This document shows, piece after piece, positions 1 through 8,790 of a stretch of DNA of 56,971 nucleotides. The DNA is from Candidatus Staskawiczbacteria bacterium. GTDB lineage: Bacteria; Patescibacteriota; Minisyncoccia; Minisyncoccales; Staskawiczbacteraceae. The stretch lies in contig JAPLZC010000010.1 in assembly GCA_026395215.1 (NCBI GenBank), positions 206,150 through 263,120 on the forward strand, in the 5' to 3' direction. Both the position numbers and the translations under genes were made by a program. Position 1 is the first letter of the stretch. Each line of letters opens with the position of its first letter. The notes under the pieces were generated by a model. It was given only the letters and a program-made list of their open reading frames with translations. It had not been told where the DNA came from and made no database searches.

Positions 1-1099
1 CGAGTCTAGGCGGGTCTTTAAACGTTCCATCCATTTTTACATGTTGGACAAATGGCAATTTTTCTTTTTTCCCAAGCTTCATATCATCTTCTCCAAATGC
101 CGGAGCTATATGCACAATCCCCGTTCCATCTTCTGTATTTACAAAATCTCCAACATAAACCTTCCCTTTTTTAATATAATAATCAAACAACGGCTCGTAT
201 TCTAACCCCGCCAACTCACTCCCTTCCATTTCCCCGACCAAATCCGCCTTTGGCGGAATTGTGACGGGCCCGTCAAAATGCCCTTCGGGGCTTTTGTCGG
301 GTTTCCCAAAAACCGCACTAAATCTATCCTTAGCTAAAATATAACTTTCATTACCAAATTTTACCTGAGCGTATTTTATTTTCTCTCCAACTGCCAAAGC
401 AACGTTTCCTGGCAAAGTCCATGGCGTGGTAGTCCAAGCCAAAAAGTAAACGTCACCCTGCAAACCTAATTTTTCTGGATTTTTTACTTTAAACTTCACA
501 GTGGCCGACAAGTCTTTTATATCCTTATATCCTTCGGCTACCTCTCCTTGGCTCAAAGTGGTTTCGCATCTTGGACAAATGTGCATAGACCTATAATCTT
601 CATAAATAAGCCCTTTCTTATGTAGCTCTTTAAATGCCCACCATTCTGCCTGCATGTACTCAAAATCCATTGTCCTATACGGATGCGCCATATCTGCCCA
701 TCGGCCAAAACGCGGAATTACTCTTTCCCACTCATTTATAAAAGTAAAAATTTTAGAACGGCAAAGGTCATTAAACTTTTTTACTCCCATTGCCATAATT
801 TCTTTCTTTGATTTTGTGCCAAGTTCTTTCTCAACAATATTTTCAATTGGAAGTCCATGACAATCCCAGCCCCACTGGCGAGGTACATTAAAACCTTGCA
901 TAGTTTTATAACGAGGGATTACATCTTTTATTGCGCTTTGCAACAAATGCCCATAATGTGGAGTTCCAGTTGCAAACGGCGGACCATCATAAAATACAAA
1001 AGATTTTCTCTTTTTATTTTTTTCCAAACTCTTCTCAAAAATCTTATTCTCCTCCCAAAACTTCAATATCTTCTCCTCCTCTTGTGGAAAATTAAACAT
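1..1099 (-). CDS. ileS: Isoleucine--tRNA ligase (IleRS2 type), N-terminal part, runs off the left edge
   Basis: Not in ORF track. Manual translation from ATG 1099: MFNFPQEEEKILKFW...FYDGPPFATGTPHYGH...GWDCHGLPIE, later WTTTPWTLPGN and GTGIVHIAPAFGEDD. Confidence 0.95.
   Translation of the reverse strand, partial: MFNFPQEEEKILKFWEENKIFEKSLEKNKKRKSFVFYDGPPFATGTPHYGHLLQSAIKDVIPRYKTMQGFNVPRQWGWDCHGLPIENIVEKELGTKSKKEIMAMGVKKFNDLCRSKIFTFINEWERVIPRFGRWADMAHPYRTMDFEYMQAEWWAFKELHKKGLIYEDYRSMHICPRCETTLSQGEVAEGYKDIKDLSATVKFKVKNPEKLGLQGDVYFLAWTTTPWTLPGNVALAVGEKIKYAQVKFGNESYILAKDRFSAVFGKPDKSPEGHFDGPVTIPPKADLVGEMEGSELAGLEYEPLFDYYIKKGKVYVGDFVNTEDGTGIVHIAPAFGEDDMKLGKKEKLPFVQHVKMDGTFKDPPRL
233..301. repeat. 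69-nt composite palindromic element inserted in frame in ileS
   Basis: CCCGAC...GTCGGG termini with internal hairpins; reverse complement nearly identical to 30052-30120; encodes PDKSPEGHFDGPVTIPPKADLVG. Confidence 0.9.
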
Positions 1100-1142
1100 G
1101 TTTTAATTTCTTATTGTTTTAACTATAAATATATTTTTTAAA

Positions 1143-1661
1143 TTACTTCCACCGACTGGGTAATAAATCTAAGCACTTTTTAAATACATTATTTGACACA
1201 AGATTACGATGGTTTCGCATAATATACGGCAAATTTCTTATACCAGCTCCTGGATAAATGCCAACAATTTTAGCATTTTTGTCAGCAATTGTAATAATTT
1301 TTTGTTTATTGATATCTATTCCCTCATTTCGTAATCCATAATCAAATACATCACCTATGGCCTTATATCCAGAAATCCAACCCCCAAGACATTCTACGAA
1401 ATAACCGCCTACGCCGCAATCAGATCCAATACACATGGTTTCATCACCAAGCGAGTAAACATAAAATTCAGATTCTTCGAATACTTTATCATAAGGGGGC
1501 GCCCATCCGGTTAAATCGCCTGCTTTTTCAGCGGCGGGCATTCCAAGTTTAATTGTTTTATATTGTTTAGTTCCGAATGGATATTTCTCCCACAAAACCG
1601 TACCCATGACTATAGATATTAGTATTATCGCTAAAAAAACAAATAAATAAAGTCTCTTCAT
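1143..1661 (-). CDS. Membrane-anchored hypothetical protein, possible immunity partner of the upstream gene
   Basis: 172 aa ORF with N-terminal hydrophobic helix; start overlaps upstream stop (TAATG). Confidence 0.7.
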   Translation of the reverse strand: MKRLYLFVFLAIILISIVMGTVLWEKYPFGTKQYKTIKLGMPAAEKAGDLTGWAPPYDKVFEESEFYVYSLGDETMCIGSDCGVGGYFVECLGGWISGYKAIGDVFDYGLRNEGIDINKQKIITIADKNAKIVGIYPGAGIRNLPYIMRNHRNLVSNNVFKKCLDLLPSRWK

Positions 1662-2632
1662 TAATCAACCACCTCAAGAACGCCGACGCTTATAGAGTCG
1701 CTTTTGCGCGCCTTGATCAGTGTATTATAAATTTCCGACCACAAAGTTTTCTCGATAATAGTAATACAACCAAGCGACCGACTACCTGTATGTAAATATC
1801 TTTCTCCAGTATGCCCAATTCTAAACCAAATTTTCGCTTTTGGTGCCAATTCTAAATATCTTAATCCTCCTAGATGAGGATAATCAGGAATTTCAATATC
1901 ATATAATCCTTTTTTCCATGGATTAGCGGGATAATCAGCAGCTTTATATTCCTTCCCGTTTAAAATAAATATTTTTTTAGAAATAGAATATTTTGCCAGT
2001 GCCTCCGACCCATATTCGGCAATGAAAATAAACTGCGAAGAACCATTCTCACGCAATACAATAGAAGCGCGTTCTCCACGATATGGACCCTCTAAAATCA
2101 TAAAATGCTCCCTCTTCCTATCGCTATTTTCTATTTTTACCCGCAGAAATGCAGGTAAGTTAATTTTTGATTTATCTTTTTCTAATACCACCTTGATCCA
2201 TCCATCCCCCCTATCTGGAACGCACCATATTGCATCTGATGCTTTTGCCTCAAAAATTATTTCAAAAACAGCATTAGCTTTTCCCCAAAATTTATCCATT
2301 ATTGAACGATTTTCTCTTACTTGAATTTCAAAACTGAATTGTTGCGATTTAGTAATAGTAGTGTTAACTTTTATATTAGTTTTTATACCACCGACATCAT
2401 TAAACAATAAATCTTTTTCAATAATGCTAATCGAAATTTCTGTTTGAAATAAATCTTGATCAGTTTCAAATCTACCAACTTCACGATTTATTTCCGCTGT
2501 TGTGCCAACCTTGATTCTTTTATCAACACGCAAAAATTTTCCGAGCACATCAATCTCCGCACGGATATCGTCGCCAATAGAATCACCATTATATTTTATT
2601 TTTAAAAGATTCAGTTGAATAGATTTAAGCAT
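1661..2632 (-). CDS. Hypothetical protein with C-terminal L,D-transpeptidase-like (DUF2778/Tlde1-like) domain
   Basis: Motif YLHTGSRSLGCIT (HxGxxSxGC), preceded by PWKKGLY and followed by terminal GVLEV. Confidence 0.6.
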   Translation of the reverse strand: MLKSIQLNLLKIKYNGDSIGDDIRAEIDVLGKFLRVDKRIKVGTTAEINREVGRFETDQDLFQTEISISIIEKDLLFNDVGGIKTNIKVNTTITKSQQFSFEIQVRENRSIMDKFWGKANAVFEIIFEAKASDAIWCVPDRGDGWIKVVLEKDKSKINLPAFLRVKIENSDRKREHFMILEGPYRGERASIVLRENGSSQFIFIAEYGSEALAKYSISKKIFILNGKEYKAADYPANPWKKGLYDIEIPDYPHLGGLRYLELAPKAKIWFRIGHTGERYLHTGSRSLGCITIIEKTLWSEIYNTLIKARKSDSISVGVLEVVD

Positions 2633-2667
2633 GGAATTTTAATAAAATATTGTTTTTGTCTAAATGT

Positions 2668-2925
2668 TTAATTATAAATAGAATGGCCACCTATAGCATG
2701 GAATATGACAGTCTTTCCGCTTTTAAATTCAAAAACTATTCTACAATCATAATCAACGGAAAATGCCCACAAATCCCGAAACCTACCGCTTAATTTATGA
2801 GTTTTTAGGCGACCATCGAAGGGATTATTACGAAAAATATTTTCTCTCATCTCTGCTTTTATTTTCAACTGCTCGTTGATTTTCTCATAATCGCCTTCAA
2901 ATCTCGGAGAATAAATAATTTGCAT
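2668..2925 (-). CDS. Type II toxin, RelE/YafQ-like mRNA interferase
   Basis: 85 aa, LKTHKLSG...AFSVDYDCRIVF...IGGHSIY; directly downstream of an RHH gene. Confidence 0.85.
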   Translation of the reverse strand: MQIIYSPRFEGDYEKINEQLKIKAEMRENIFRNNPFDGRLKTHKLSGRFRDLWAFSVDYDCRIVFEFKSGKTVIFHAIGGHSIYN

Positions 2926-2932
2926 AACACAA

Positions 2933-3151
2933 TTATCTTAGATCTTTTAATGACCTAAGAATTTTTCCTTTGCCTTGTTCTATCTGCTTTTGGCTTATTT
3001 TTACCCTTTTCAACAAATCCTCCTCTTCCATCTTTTCCCTAATAAGCTCCCTTACAAACTCACTTTTGCTTGAATACTTTCCCTTTTTTATCGCCTTGTC
3101 TAAATCAAAAACAAGTTCTTTCGGCAATGATATGTTAATAACTGAGCGCAT
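2933..3151 (-). CDS. Ribbon-helix-helix (CopG family) antitoxin
   Basis: VINISLPKEL...YSSKSEFVRELIRE; 7 nt upstream of the toxin. Confidence 0.85.
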   Translation of the reverse strand: MRSVINISLPKELVFDLDKAIKKGKYSSKSEFVRELIREKMEEEDLLKRVKISQKQIEQGKGKILRSLKDLR

Positions 3152-3234
3152 GGGTTTTATTTTTTAATTATATAGTGTAACACATTGTATTACACATTTA
3201 TCTTATTATTTAAACGCCCCGCTGTCAATATCTA

Positions 3235-3828
3235 CTAATTTAATTCTCTAATTTCTGCTTTATGAATTCTTTTGTCTAAAGAAAATTCTTTAATTGTCTG
3301 TTTAATTGTTAGCCCCATAAACTTGCCCTGCAACAAAAATGATGGCCCTTCATGGCTAATAAGCATTACATTTCTATCTTTGTATTTTTTCTCTATATCT
3401 TTCACAACACTAAACATCCTGTCTAAAATATGAGTATATGTTTCCCCGCCGTCAGCGCCCTTGTTTATTCTCTCCTCCTCGTGCTTAAAAGACCTCCACA
3501 TACTATGCAAATCTTTCCCATTATATTTTCCAAACCCAATTTCCCGCAAACGTTTATCTACTTTTATTTTTACGCCATTATTAAGAATTTTTCCTGCTAT
3601 TTGAGCCGTTTGCTTTGTTCTTAACAAAGGTGAACACAAAATTACATCAATAGTCTGCCCCTCTAAATCTAACTTGGCTTTCAATTTTTCAGCCGATTCT
3701 CTAACCATTTCTTGACCATACTCTGTAAGTGGATTGTTAAATTTTTCCGGCCAGTTTGAACAAACCCCTCTCACATTGGAAAGCGCCTGCCCATGCCTCA
3801 TTATAAAATATTTATTCTTTAGTTTCAT
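3235..3828 (-). CDS. Histidine phosphatase family protein
   Basis: RHG, SPLLRTKQTA, LREIGFG and SH motifs. Confidence 0.9.
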   Translation of the reverse strand: MKLKNKYFIMRHGQALSNVRGVCSNWPEKFNNPLTEYGQEMVRESAEKLKAKLDLEGQTIDVILCSPLLRTKQTAQIAGKILNNGVKIKVDKRLREIGFGKYNGKDLHSMWRSFKHEEERINKGADGGETYTHILDRMFSVVKDIEKKYKDRNVMLISHEGPSFLLQGKFMGLTIKQTIKEFSLDKRIHKAEIRELN

Positions 3829-3833
3829 AAAGA

Positions 3834-5537
3834 TTACATTTTTTCTAGCGTTTTAATCCCAAGCAACCACATACCGTTTTTCATAACAATAGTAAAAGCT
3901 TTGGTTAACGCTAGTTTATATGGTGAATATTTGTCTGTTTTATCAACTATCTTATTCTCGGCGTAATAAGTATTAAAAATTGCAGCCAACTCTGTCAAAT
4001 AAAGTGAGATAAAGTGAGGTTCGTATGCTTGACCTGCCTTTAAAACTATCTCCTGGAAACGACATATAATTTTTTCTAATTCAGTAATTTCATTTGGAAT
4101 GTTTTTGAATGAAGGCTTTATTTTTTCTGCTTTAGCTTTTCTTAGAACAGACTGCGCCCTTGTGTATGCATATTGCAAATACGGCCCAGAATCTCCTTCA
4201 AATGAAATAGATCTATCAAAATCAAAAATAATATCATGCCCAATTGATTGTTTCAAAATTGAATATTTTATAGCTCCAATTGCAACATTTTCTATGATTT
4301 CTTTTTTCTCTGTTTCTGATAATTCTCTGTCTTTAATTTTCTCTTTCACCAGCTCTTCAACTTTTCTTATCAAGGATTCTCCCGTAATAACCTTTCCTGT
4401 GCGCGAAGACATTTTCCCCTCTGGCAAACGTAACATTCCATGTCCAATGTGTTTTGTTTTCTCCGCCAGTTTTGGAGCCACCTGGCCCATTGCGCAAAGC
4501 ATAACTTTGAAATAATCATTTACTTCATTACCGGTTATAACTACCGATTGGTCATACTTATATTTATTATATTTTACTTCAGCCAATCCTAAATCTTTTG
4601 CCTCATAAGTCGGCAATCCTTCAGAGTTTATAAAAACCCTTGTGTGTAAACCCTGCCCGTCCGGCAGGCGGGCATATTTTTCACCCTTAAAAATAACCGC
4701 GTCGTTATCACCTTTCTCAAATATCCCGTCTTCCAAACCCTTCTCAACAATCTTTTTCCCAATTGGACCAGTTTGACTTTCAAAAATTAACTCATCAAAC
4801 TTTGTGCCAAGTTGTTTATAAATTCTATCGAAATACTTTAAACTCTCTTTTTTCCCTTGGTCATATAGTTTATTTATATCCTTGTCGTTTCTGGCGTATA
4901 TTTTTTTATTCAAATCCATTATTTCCTTCTTTACATTTTCGTCGTCCTCAAACATTTGCGCTCCGTAAGCATAAGCTGCTCCCCATCCTAAATTTTTTGC
5001 ACCATTAATTTTTCCCCAAATAGCTTTTGCAACGTGCATCCCAACGTCTCCTTGATAACAAACCCGTTTTACCTTGGCTCCTTGTACCTCAAAAATACGT
5101 GATAGCGATTCGCCAATTGCATTGCTCATTAAATGCCCTATGTGAAAGTCCTTAAAAGGATTCGGGTCTGTATAATCTATTATTACTTTTTTATTTTTTA
5201 ACTCCCCCCCTTTGCCGTAGCTTTTATCTATATTCTTTAAATTATCAACAAAAACTTTATCTGAAATAAAAAAATTTATAAATCCTGGACCGGCTATTTC
5301 TATTTTTGAAAATAACTTATTCTCGCCAATTTTTTGTTTTATTGAATCAGCTACTTCTCTTGCCTGCCTGCCGGCAGGCAGGGATTCTTTTCCCAGTTTT
5401 TTAGAGAGAACCAAAGCGACATTGGTTGAATAATCACCATGCATTTTGTCGTCTGGTATATCAACTGAAAATCCTTCGGGTACTTCCCCAAAATCCTTAA
5501 CTGCTTTCTCAATTATTTTTTTTATTTCTTCTTTCAT
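3834..5537 (-). CDS. argS: Arginine--tRNA ligase
   Basis: HGDYSTN, GPGFINF, PNPFKDFHIGH, KMSSRTG, GDSGPYLQY, terminal EKM. Confidence 0.97.
   Translation of the reverse strand: MKEEIKKIIEKAVKDFGEVPEGFSVDIPDDKMHGDYSTNVALVLSKKLGKESLPAGRQAREVADSIKQKIGENKLFSKIEIAGPGFINFFISDKVFVDNLKNIDKSYGKGGELKNKKVIIDYTDPNPFKDFHIGHLMSNAIGESLSRIFEVQGAKVKRVCYQGDVGMHVAKAIWGKINGAKNLGWGAAYAYGAQMFEDDENVKKEIMDLNKKIYARNDKDINKLYDQGKKESLKYFDRIYKQLGTKFDELIFESQTGPIGKKIVEKGLEDGIFEKGDNDAVIFKGEKYARLPDGQGLHTRVFINSEGLPTYEAKDLGLAEVKYNKYKYDQSVVITGNEVNDYFKVMLCAMGQVAPKLAEKTKHIGHGMLRLPEGKMSSRTGKVITGESLIRKVEELVKEKIKDRELSETEKKEIIENVAIGAIKYSILKQSIGHDIIFDFDRSISFEGDSGPYLQYAYTRAQSVLRKAKAEKIKPSFKNIPNEITELEKIICRFQEIVLKAGQAYEPHFISLYLTELAAIFNTYYAENKIVDKTDKYSPYKLALTKAFTIVMKNGMWLLGIKTLEKM
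4652..4672. repeat. Short palindromic element (LPAGRQ family variant) in frame in argS
   Basis: CCTGCCCGTCCGGCAGGCGGG, adds ARLPDGQ. Confidence 0.8.
5363..5382. repeat. Perfect 20-nt palindrome in frame in argS
   Basis: CCTGCCTGCCGGCAGGCAGG, identical at 6230 and 18053; encodes SLPAGRQA. Confidence 0.95.
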
Positions 5538-5540
5538 TTT

Positions 5541-5576
5541 ATAATCCGAATGTCATCCGAATAAATCCGAATGCTA
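5541..5576. repeat. Tandem ATCCGAAT array, downstream flank of GxxExxY gene
   Basis: Three ATCCGAAT units with 10-11 nt period; inverted copy ATTCGGAT at 5968-5975. Confidence 0.85.
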
Positions 5577-5969
5577 CTAATTAATTTTATTCAATACCCT
5601 CTTAGGATAAATATATTCTTGCCTGAAGTTTACAACTAGCCCCAACTCTTTGTTATAAGAAGCAAGATATCTTTTCATCTGGAAATAGTCCTCTTTTGTA
5701 GTCAATCTTTTGGCTTTTAAATCTACGATTATTTTATCTTCAATAATAAAGTCTGGTATGTTCCTCCTGTCCCTTTCTCCCGCGAACGAAGCTGGCAATG
5801 GCACCTCTCTCAAATAATTTATTTTATTCTCTTTCAGCGAAAATTCTAATGCGTCGGCATATTACATTTCGTTCCTATACCTTCCGAGTTTGTTATGAAC
5901 TCCGAAACAAAGTCCACAAATCTTATATGACAGTTCTGGATGTAAAATTTTTTCGTTTATTTGTGGCAT
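5577..5969 (-). pseudogene. GxxExxY family protein with in-frame TAA at codon 36
   Basis: MPQINEKILHPELSYKICGLCFGVHNKLGRYRNEM*YADALE...IPDFIIEDKIIVDLKA...LGLVVNF; stop at 5862-5864; 130 codons, the usual family length. Confidence 0.85.
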
Positions 5970-5993
5970 TCGGATAATATTTGTAGATTAGAA

Positions 5994-6692
5994 TTATTTA
6001 ATGGTTGTGCCGATGAATGGTTTATTATTTAAAAAGTCTTCAAGATATTCTAATTTTTTTCCGTTAAGCATTATAACCTTTAATTTCAACTTTGCTGCCA
6101 GTTTGGTGGCTATTGGGTCAAATGGCTTGTTAGCTCCAGGGCTCCACTTATCTCCCACAATTTTCTGAAAATGGTCCCAGCTGACTTCTTTCAATGGCGT
6201 TGCATTTTCAAAATTAGATGGGATTTTTACCTGCCTGCCGGCAGGCAGGTCATACACATAATCAATATTTGTTAAATTAATTATTGTTTTTGCGCCATGA
6301 TTTTTTGCAATTAACACCGCATCGTAATCTGTTGACCACCCCGGTTTCCAGCCGGCTCCCACAACAACATCTTTGCTAGTTTTTACTTTTTTTGTAGGGT
6401 CTGTAATAATTTTTGAGTAAGATCTATCGCCAAATAACTGCCTTACAACTTCTGCATTTAGCCTTGTAACATTTATTCCAATCCAATCCCTATCACTGCT
6501 CTTAGCCCCAAATTCCAAAATAGCCTTCTGATACATCCTGGCCACCTTCCCTCCCCCCACTATTATAAAAAACTTATTCTGCCCAAACCGTTTCTGCAAA
6601 ATCTGTTTAAAGCTTTTCAAAAACCCCAAGTCTATCTCCCCCGGTGCCACCAACGATCCCCCCAATGAAATTATAATAGTCTCTTTTTTCAT
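5994..6692 (-). CDS. pyrH: UMP kinase (archaeal-type)
   Basis: ISLGGS, VGGGKVAR, PGWSTDYDA, TNIDYVYD, PFDPIA; start refined to ATG 6692. Confidence 0.92.
   Translation of the reverse strand: MKKETIIISLGGSLVAPGEIDLGFLKSFKQILQKRFGQNKFFIIVGGGKVARMYQKAILEFGAKSSDRDWIGINVTRLNAEVVRQLFGDRSYSKIITDPTKKVKTSKDVVVGAGWKPGWSTDYDAVLIAKNHGAKTIINLTNIDYVYDLPAGRQVKIPSNFENATPLKEVSWDHFQKIVGDKWSPGANKPFDPIATKLAAKLKLKVIMLNGKKLEYLEDFLNNKPFIGTTIK
6230..6249. repeat. Perfect 20-nt palindrome in frame in pyrH
   Basis: CCTGCCTGCCGGCAGGCAGG; encodes DLPAGRQV. Confidence 0.95.
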
Positions 6693-6742
6693 GTTATTTA
6701 GAAATTTTATCATAAAAGAGCATAAAAATAAAGCTCTCTATA

Positions 6743-6780
6743 CAAAAAAAGAGCCCTCGCAGAAATTAATCCGCGAGGGC
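6743..6780 (-). terminator. Intrinsic terminator of small orphan gene
   Basis: GCCCTCGC...GCGAGGGC stem followed by T-run on minus strand. Confidence 0.8.
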
Positions 6781-6806
6781 ACGATGCTTCCCGACGATGC
6801 AAGAAC

Positions 6807-6971
6807 TTACCGCCCTTCGACGGCCGTTATCAATCGGGTTATGATATTCGCGATTGCCTCCTTTGTGCCGTAGCTGATTGCACTTCGAAGGCAATTGACA
6901 CGGACAAGAACCCTTCTTGCCTCTTCCGTCAGTTTCTTTGGGTCTTCTTTGGCATCAGATTTGCCGGCCAT
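6807..6971 (-). CDS. Small orphan protein, 54 aa (below ORF-track cutoff)
   Basis: MAGKSDAKEDPKKLTEEARRVLVRVNCLRSAISYGTKEAIANIITRLITAVEGR; SD AGGGAGG upstream, TTGACA at 7063-7068, terminator downstream. Confidence 0.7.
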   Translation of the reverse strand: MAGKSDAKEDPKKLTEEARRVLVRVNCLRSAISYGTKEAIANIITRLITAVEGR

Positions 6972-7104
6972 AGTCTTACCCTCCCTTTGTCTTGTCCCGA
7001 AGGACCTGTGTGCAAAAAGCGTGATTTACGCTCATTGTTCTTTTAGCATATTATATAGGCATTGTCAAGAGTAAAATTTCATGGTAATATGATATTATAA
7101 AAAC

Positions 7105-7548
7105 ATGAAGATATACAGTGAGAACAAGAAGGCGGGGTTTGATTATGAGATTTTGGAGCGCTATGAGGCGGGGGTGGTTTTGTTTGGACAGGAGGTTAAA
7201 TCCATAAGAACGGGGCATATAAATTTATCGGGGACTTTTGTTACAATAAGAGGTGGAGAGCCGTTTTTACTGGGGGTGAAGATACCTCCCTATCAGCCAA
7301 ACAATGCGGGAGCTGACTATAATGAAGAAAGGGACAAAAAGCTTCTTTTGAACAAAAAAGAGATAGATTATTTGATAGGAAAGACCAAAGTGAAGGGTTT
7401 TTCCCTTATACCCTTGAAAGTTTTCGACAAAAGTGGTAGGATAAAGCTTGAATTCGGATTAGCCAAGGGTAAAAAGAAATACGATAAAAAAGAGAAAATT
7501 AAGAAGCGCGACGTAGAGCGCGAGGTTAATCGCGAATTATCAGAATAA
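7105..7548 (+). CDS. smpB: SsrA-binding protein
   Basis: ENKKAGFDY...EAGVVLFGQEVKSIR...KKLLLNKKEI...GKKKYDK. Confidence 0.97.
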   Translation: MKIYSENKKAGFDYEILERYEAGVVLFGQEVKSIRTGHINLSGTFVTIRGGEPFLLGVKIPPYQPNNAGADYNEERDKKLLLNKKEIDYLIGKTKVKGFSLIPLKVFDKSGRIKLEFGLAKGKKKYDKKEKIKKRDVEREVNRELSE

Positions 7549-7899
7549 GGGAGTGACTGTTTTGATGGATAGTTCTTTAAAGTAAGGCAAGTTGAGCTTC
7601 CTTGGGGCTCATTAATCTTCCGAGGAAAAACATAATTGCTAATTTATTTAACTTTAATAAGCAACCAGCTTTAGCTTACGCTTAGGCTGCATCTTCGCCA
7701 TCAACTCCTGATAGATGGGTCGAAGGTGTTATATATCAGGATAGATAACTCCCTTCTCTGAGGAGTTATCAAAACTAAAGAGATAAAGTATCAAAAATTT
7801 TGTTAATTCTTTATTTGATACTCGAAAAACAGAATTAAATAAACTTGTAGAATTGCTTTTAAGAGTTTTCCAGACGCGAGTTCAATCTCGCCACTTCCA
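7549..7899 (+). ncRNA. ssrA: tmRNA; tag peptide ANLFNFNKQPALAYA (7638-7685)
   Basis: Acceptor stem GGGAGTG/CACTTCC-A with G3.U wobble; T-arm GCGAG-TTCAAT-CTCGC; tag ORF ending ALAYA*; directly after smpB. CCA not encoded. Confidence 0.93.
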
Positions 7900-7923
7900 C
7901 AATATAAACCTAAGATAAATAAC

Positions 7924-8430
7924 ATCGACAAAGTATTAATAAACAATTTCATAAGGGCTAAAGAAGTTAGAGTTATTTCTGAAACAGGCGAACAGCTTGG
8001 AGTTATGAATATTTTCCAAGCAATAGATTTAGCAAAATCAAAGGGTTTAGATTTAATTCAAGTTACAGAAAAAGTTGAGCCACCAGTTTGTAAAATTGCC
8101 AACCACGGAAAATTCCTTTACCAGCAACAGAAAAAAGAAAAGAAAATGGCTAAACCAAAGGGTGGAGAGCTAAAAGAGATAAGACTAACCTTTGGTATCT
8201 CCCCTCACGATATGGAGGTAAGAGCAAACCAAGCCAAAAAATTCCTTGATGATGGAGATAAAGTAAAGATAAACATGGCTTTAAGGGGTAGAGAGAAAGC
8301 AATGGGACAATTTGCCACAGATAAAGTAAAAATATTTTTAGAAAATTTAAATAAGTTAATACCAATTAAAACTGAAAGAGAGTTAAAGCGTGAACCCAGA
8401 GGTTTCACAATGATAGTCAGCAAATCATAA
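7924..8430 (+). CDS. infC: Translation initiation factor IF-3 with non-canonical start (ATC 7924 or ATA 7915)
   Basis: Frame extends upstream of track ATG as DKVLINNFIRAKEVRVISETGEQLGVM, the conserved IF3 N-terminus; infC-rpmI-rplT order. Confidence 0.92.
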   Translation: MDKVLINNFIRAKEVRVISETGEQLGVMNIFQAIDLAKSKGLDLIQVTEKVEPPVCKIANHGKFLYQQQKKEKKMAKPKGGELKEIRLTFGISPHDMEVRANQAKKFLDDGDKVKINMALRGREKAMGQFATDKVKIFLENLNKLIPIKTERELKREPRGFTMIVSKS

Positions 8431-8524
8431 CACTAATATACTAATTTTATTCTAATCTACAGAAACACTAATCTACAAATTCGCATTTTCGCAGATTAGC
8501 ATAAGATTCGCAGATTAGTATTAT
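8431..8524. repeat. Inverted array CTAATCTAC x2 / GCAGATTAG x2 between infC and rpmI
   Basis: Units at 8452, 8468 and inverted at 8491, 8510; right arm 39/45 identical to 35731-35775. Confidence 0.88.
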
Positions 8525-8530
8525 ATTTAT

Positions 8531-8719
8531 ATGAATAAAACAAAAAAAGCGTTAGTAAAAAGATTTAGAGTGACAAAGAACGGTAAAATTCTGAGAAGAG
8601 CAACCGGTCAGAACCACTATAGATCTAAAAAAACGGGTGAACAAAAGAGAAAAGGTCGCAAATGGATCACCCTTTCAAAAAAAGAAGCTGGTAGAATTAA
8701 AAAGTTTTTAACAAAGTAA
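8531..8719 (+). CDS. rpmI: 50S ribosomal protein L35
   Basis: KTKKALVKRFRVTKNGKI...GQNH; position. Confidence 0.93.
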   Translation: MNKTKKALVKRFRVTKNGKILRRATGQNHYRSKKTGEQKRKGRKWITLSKKEAGRIKKFLTK

Positions 8720-8734
8720 TATAATAGTAAGGTA

Positions 8735-8764
8735 CACCCTTCGCTTTTGTAAAAGCTCAGGGTG
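8735..8764. repeat. CCCTTCG...GCTCAGGG family palindromic element, intergenic
   Basis: CACCCTTCGCTTTTGTAAAAGCTCAGGGTG; shares arms with 21015-21037. Confidence 0.7.
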
Positions 8765-8790
8765 ATTTCCTCGCTTAACTCGAAAATCAC

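Noticed and set aside
654-1141. Two + strand ORFs in the track
   Set aside because: Antisense shadows of ileS, which the track missed because it runs off the window edge.
5862-5864. Possible stop-codon recoding (code 25) suggested by the in-frame stop
   Set aside because: The stop is TAA, not TGA; TGA ends normal genes here (e.g. 12671, 33798, 38126) and long ORFs are intact in code 11.
8431-8524. CRISPR-like appearance of the short repeat arrays (also 5541, 35692, 56031)
   Set aside because: Units are 8-10 nt, arranged as inverted arms without unique 30-40 nt spacers; no cas genes.
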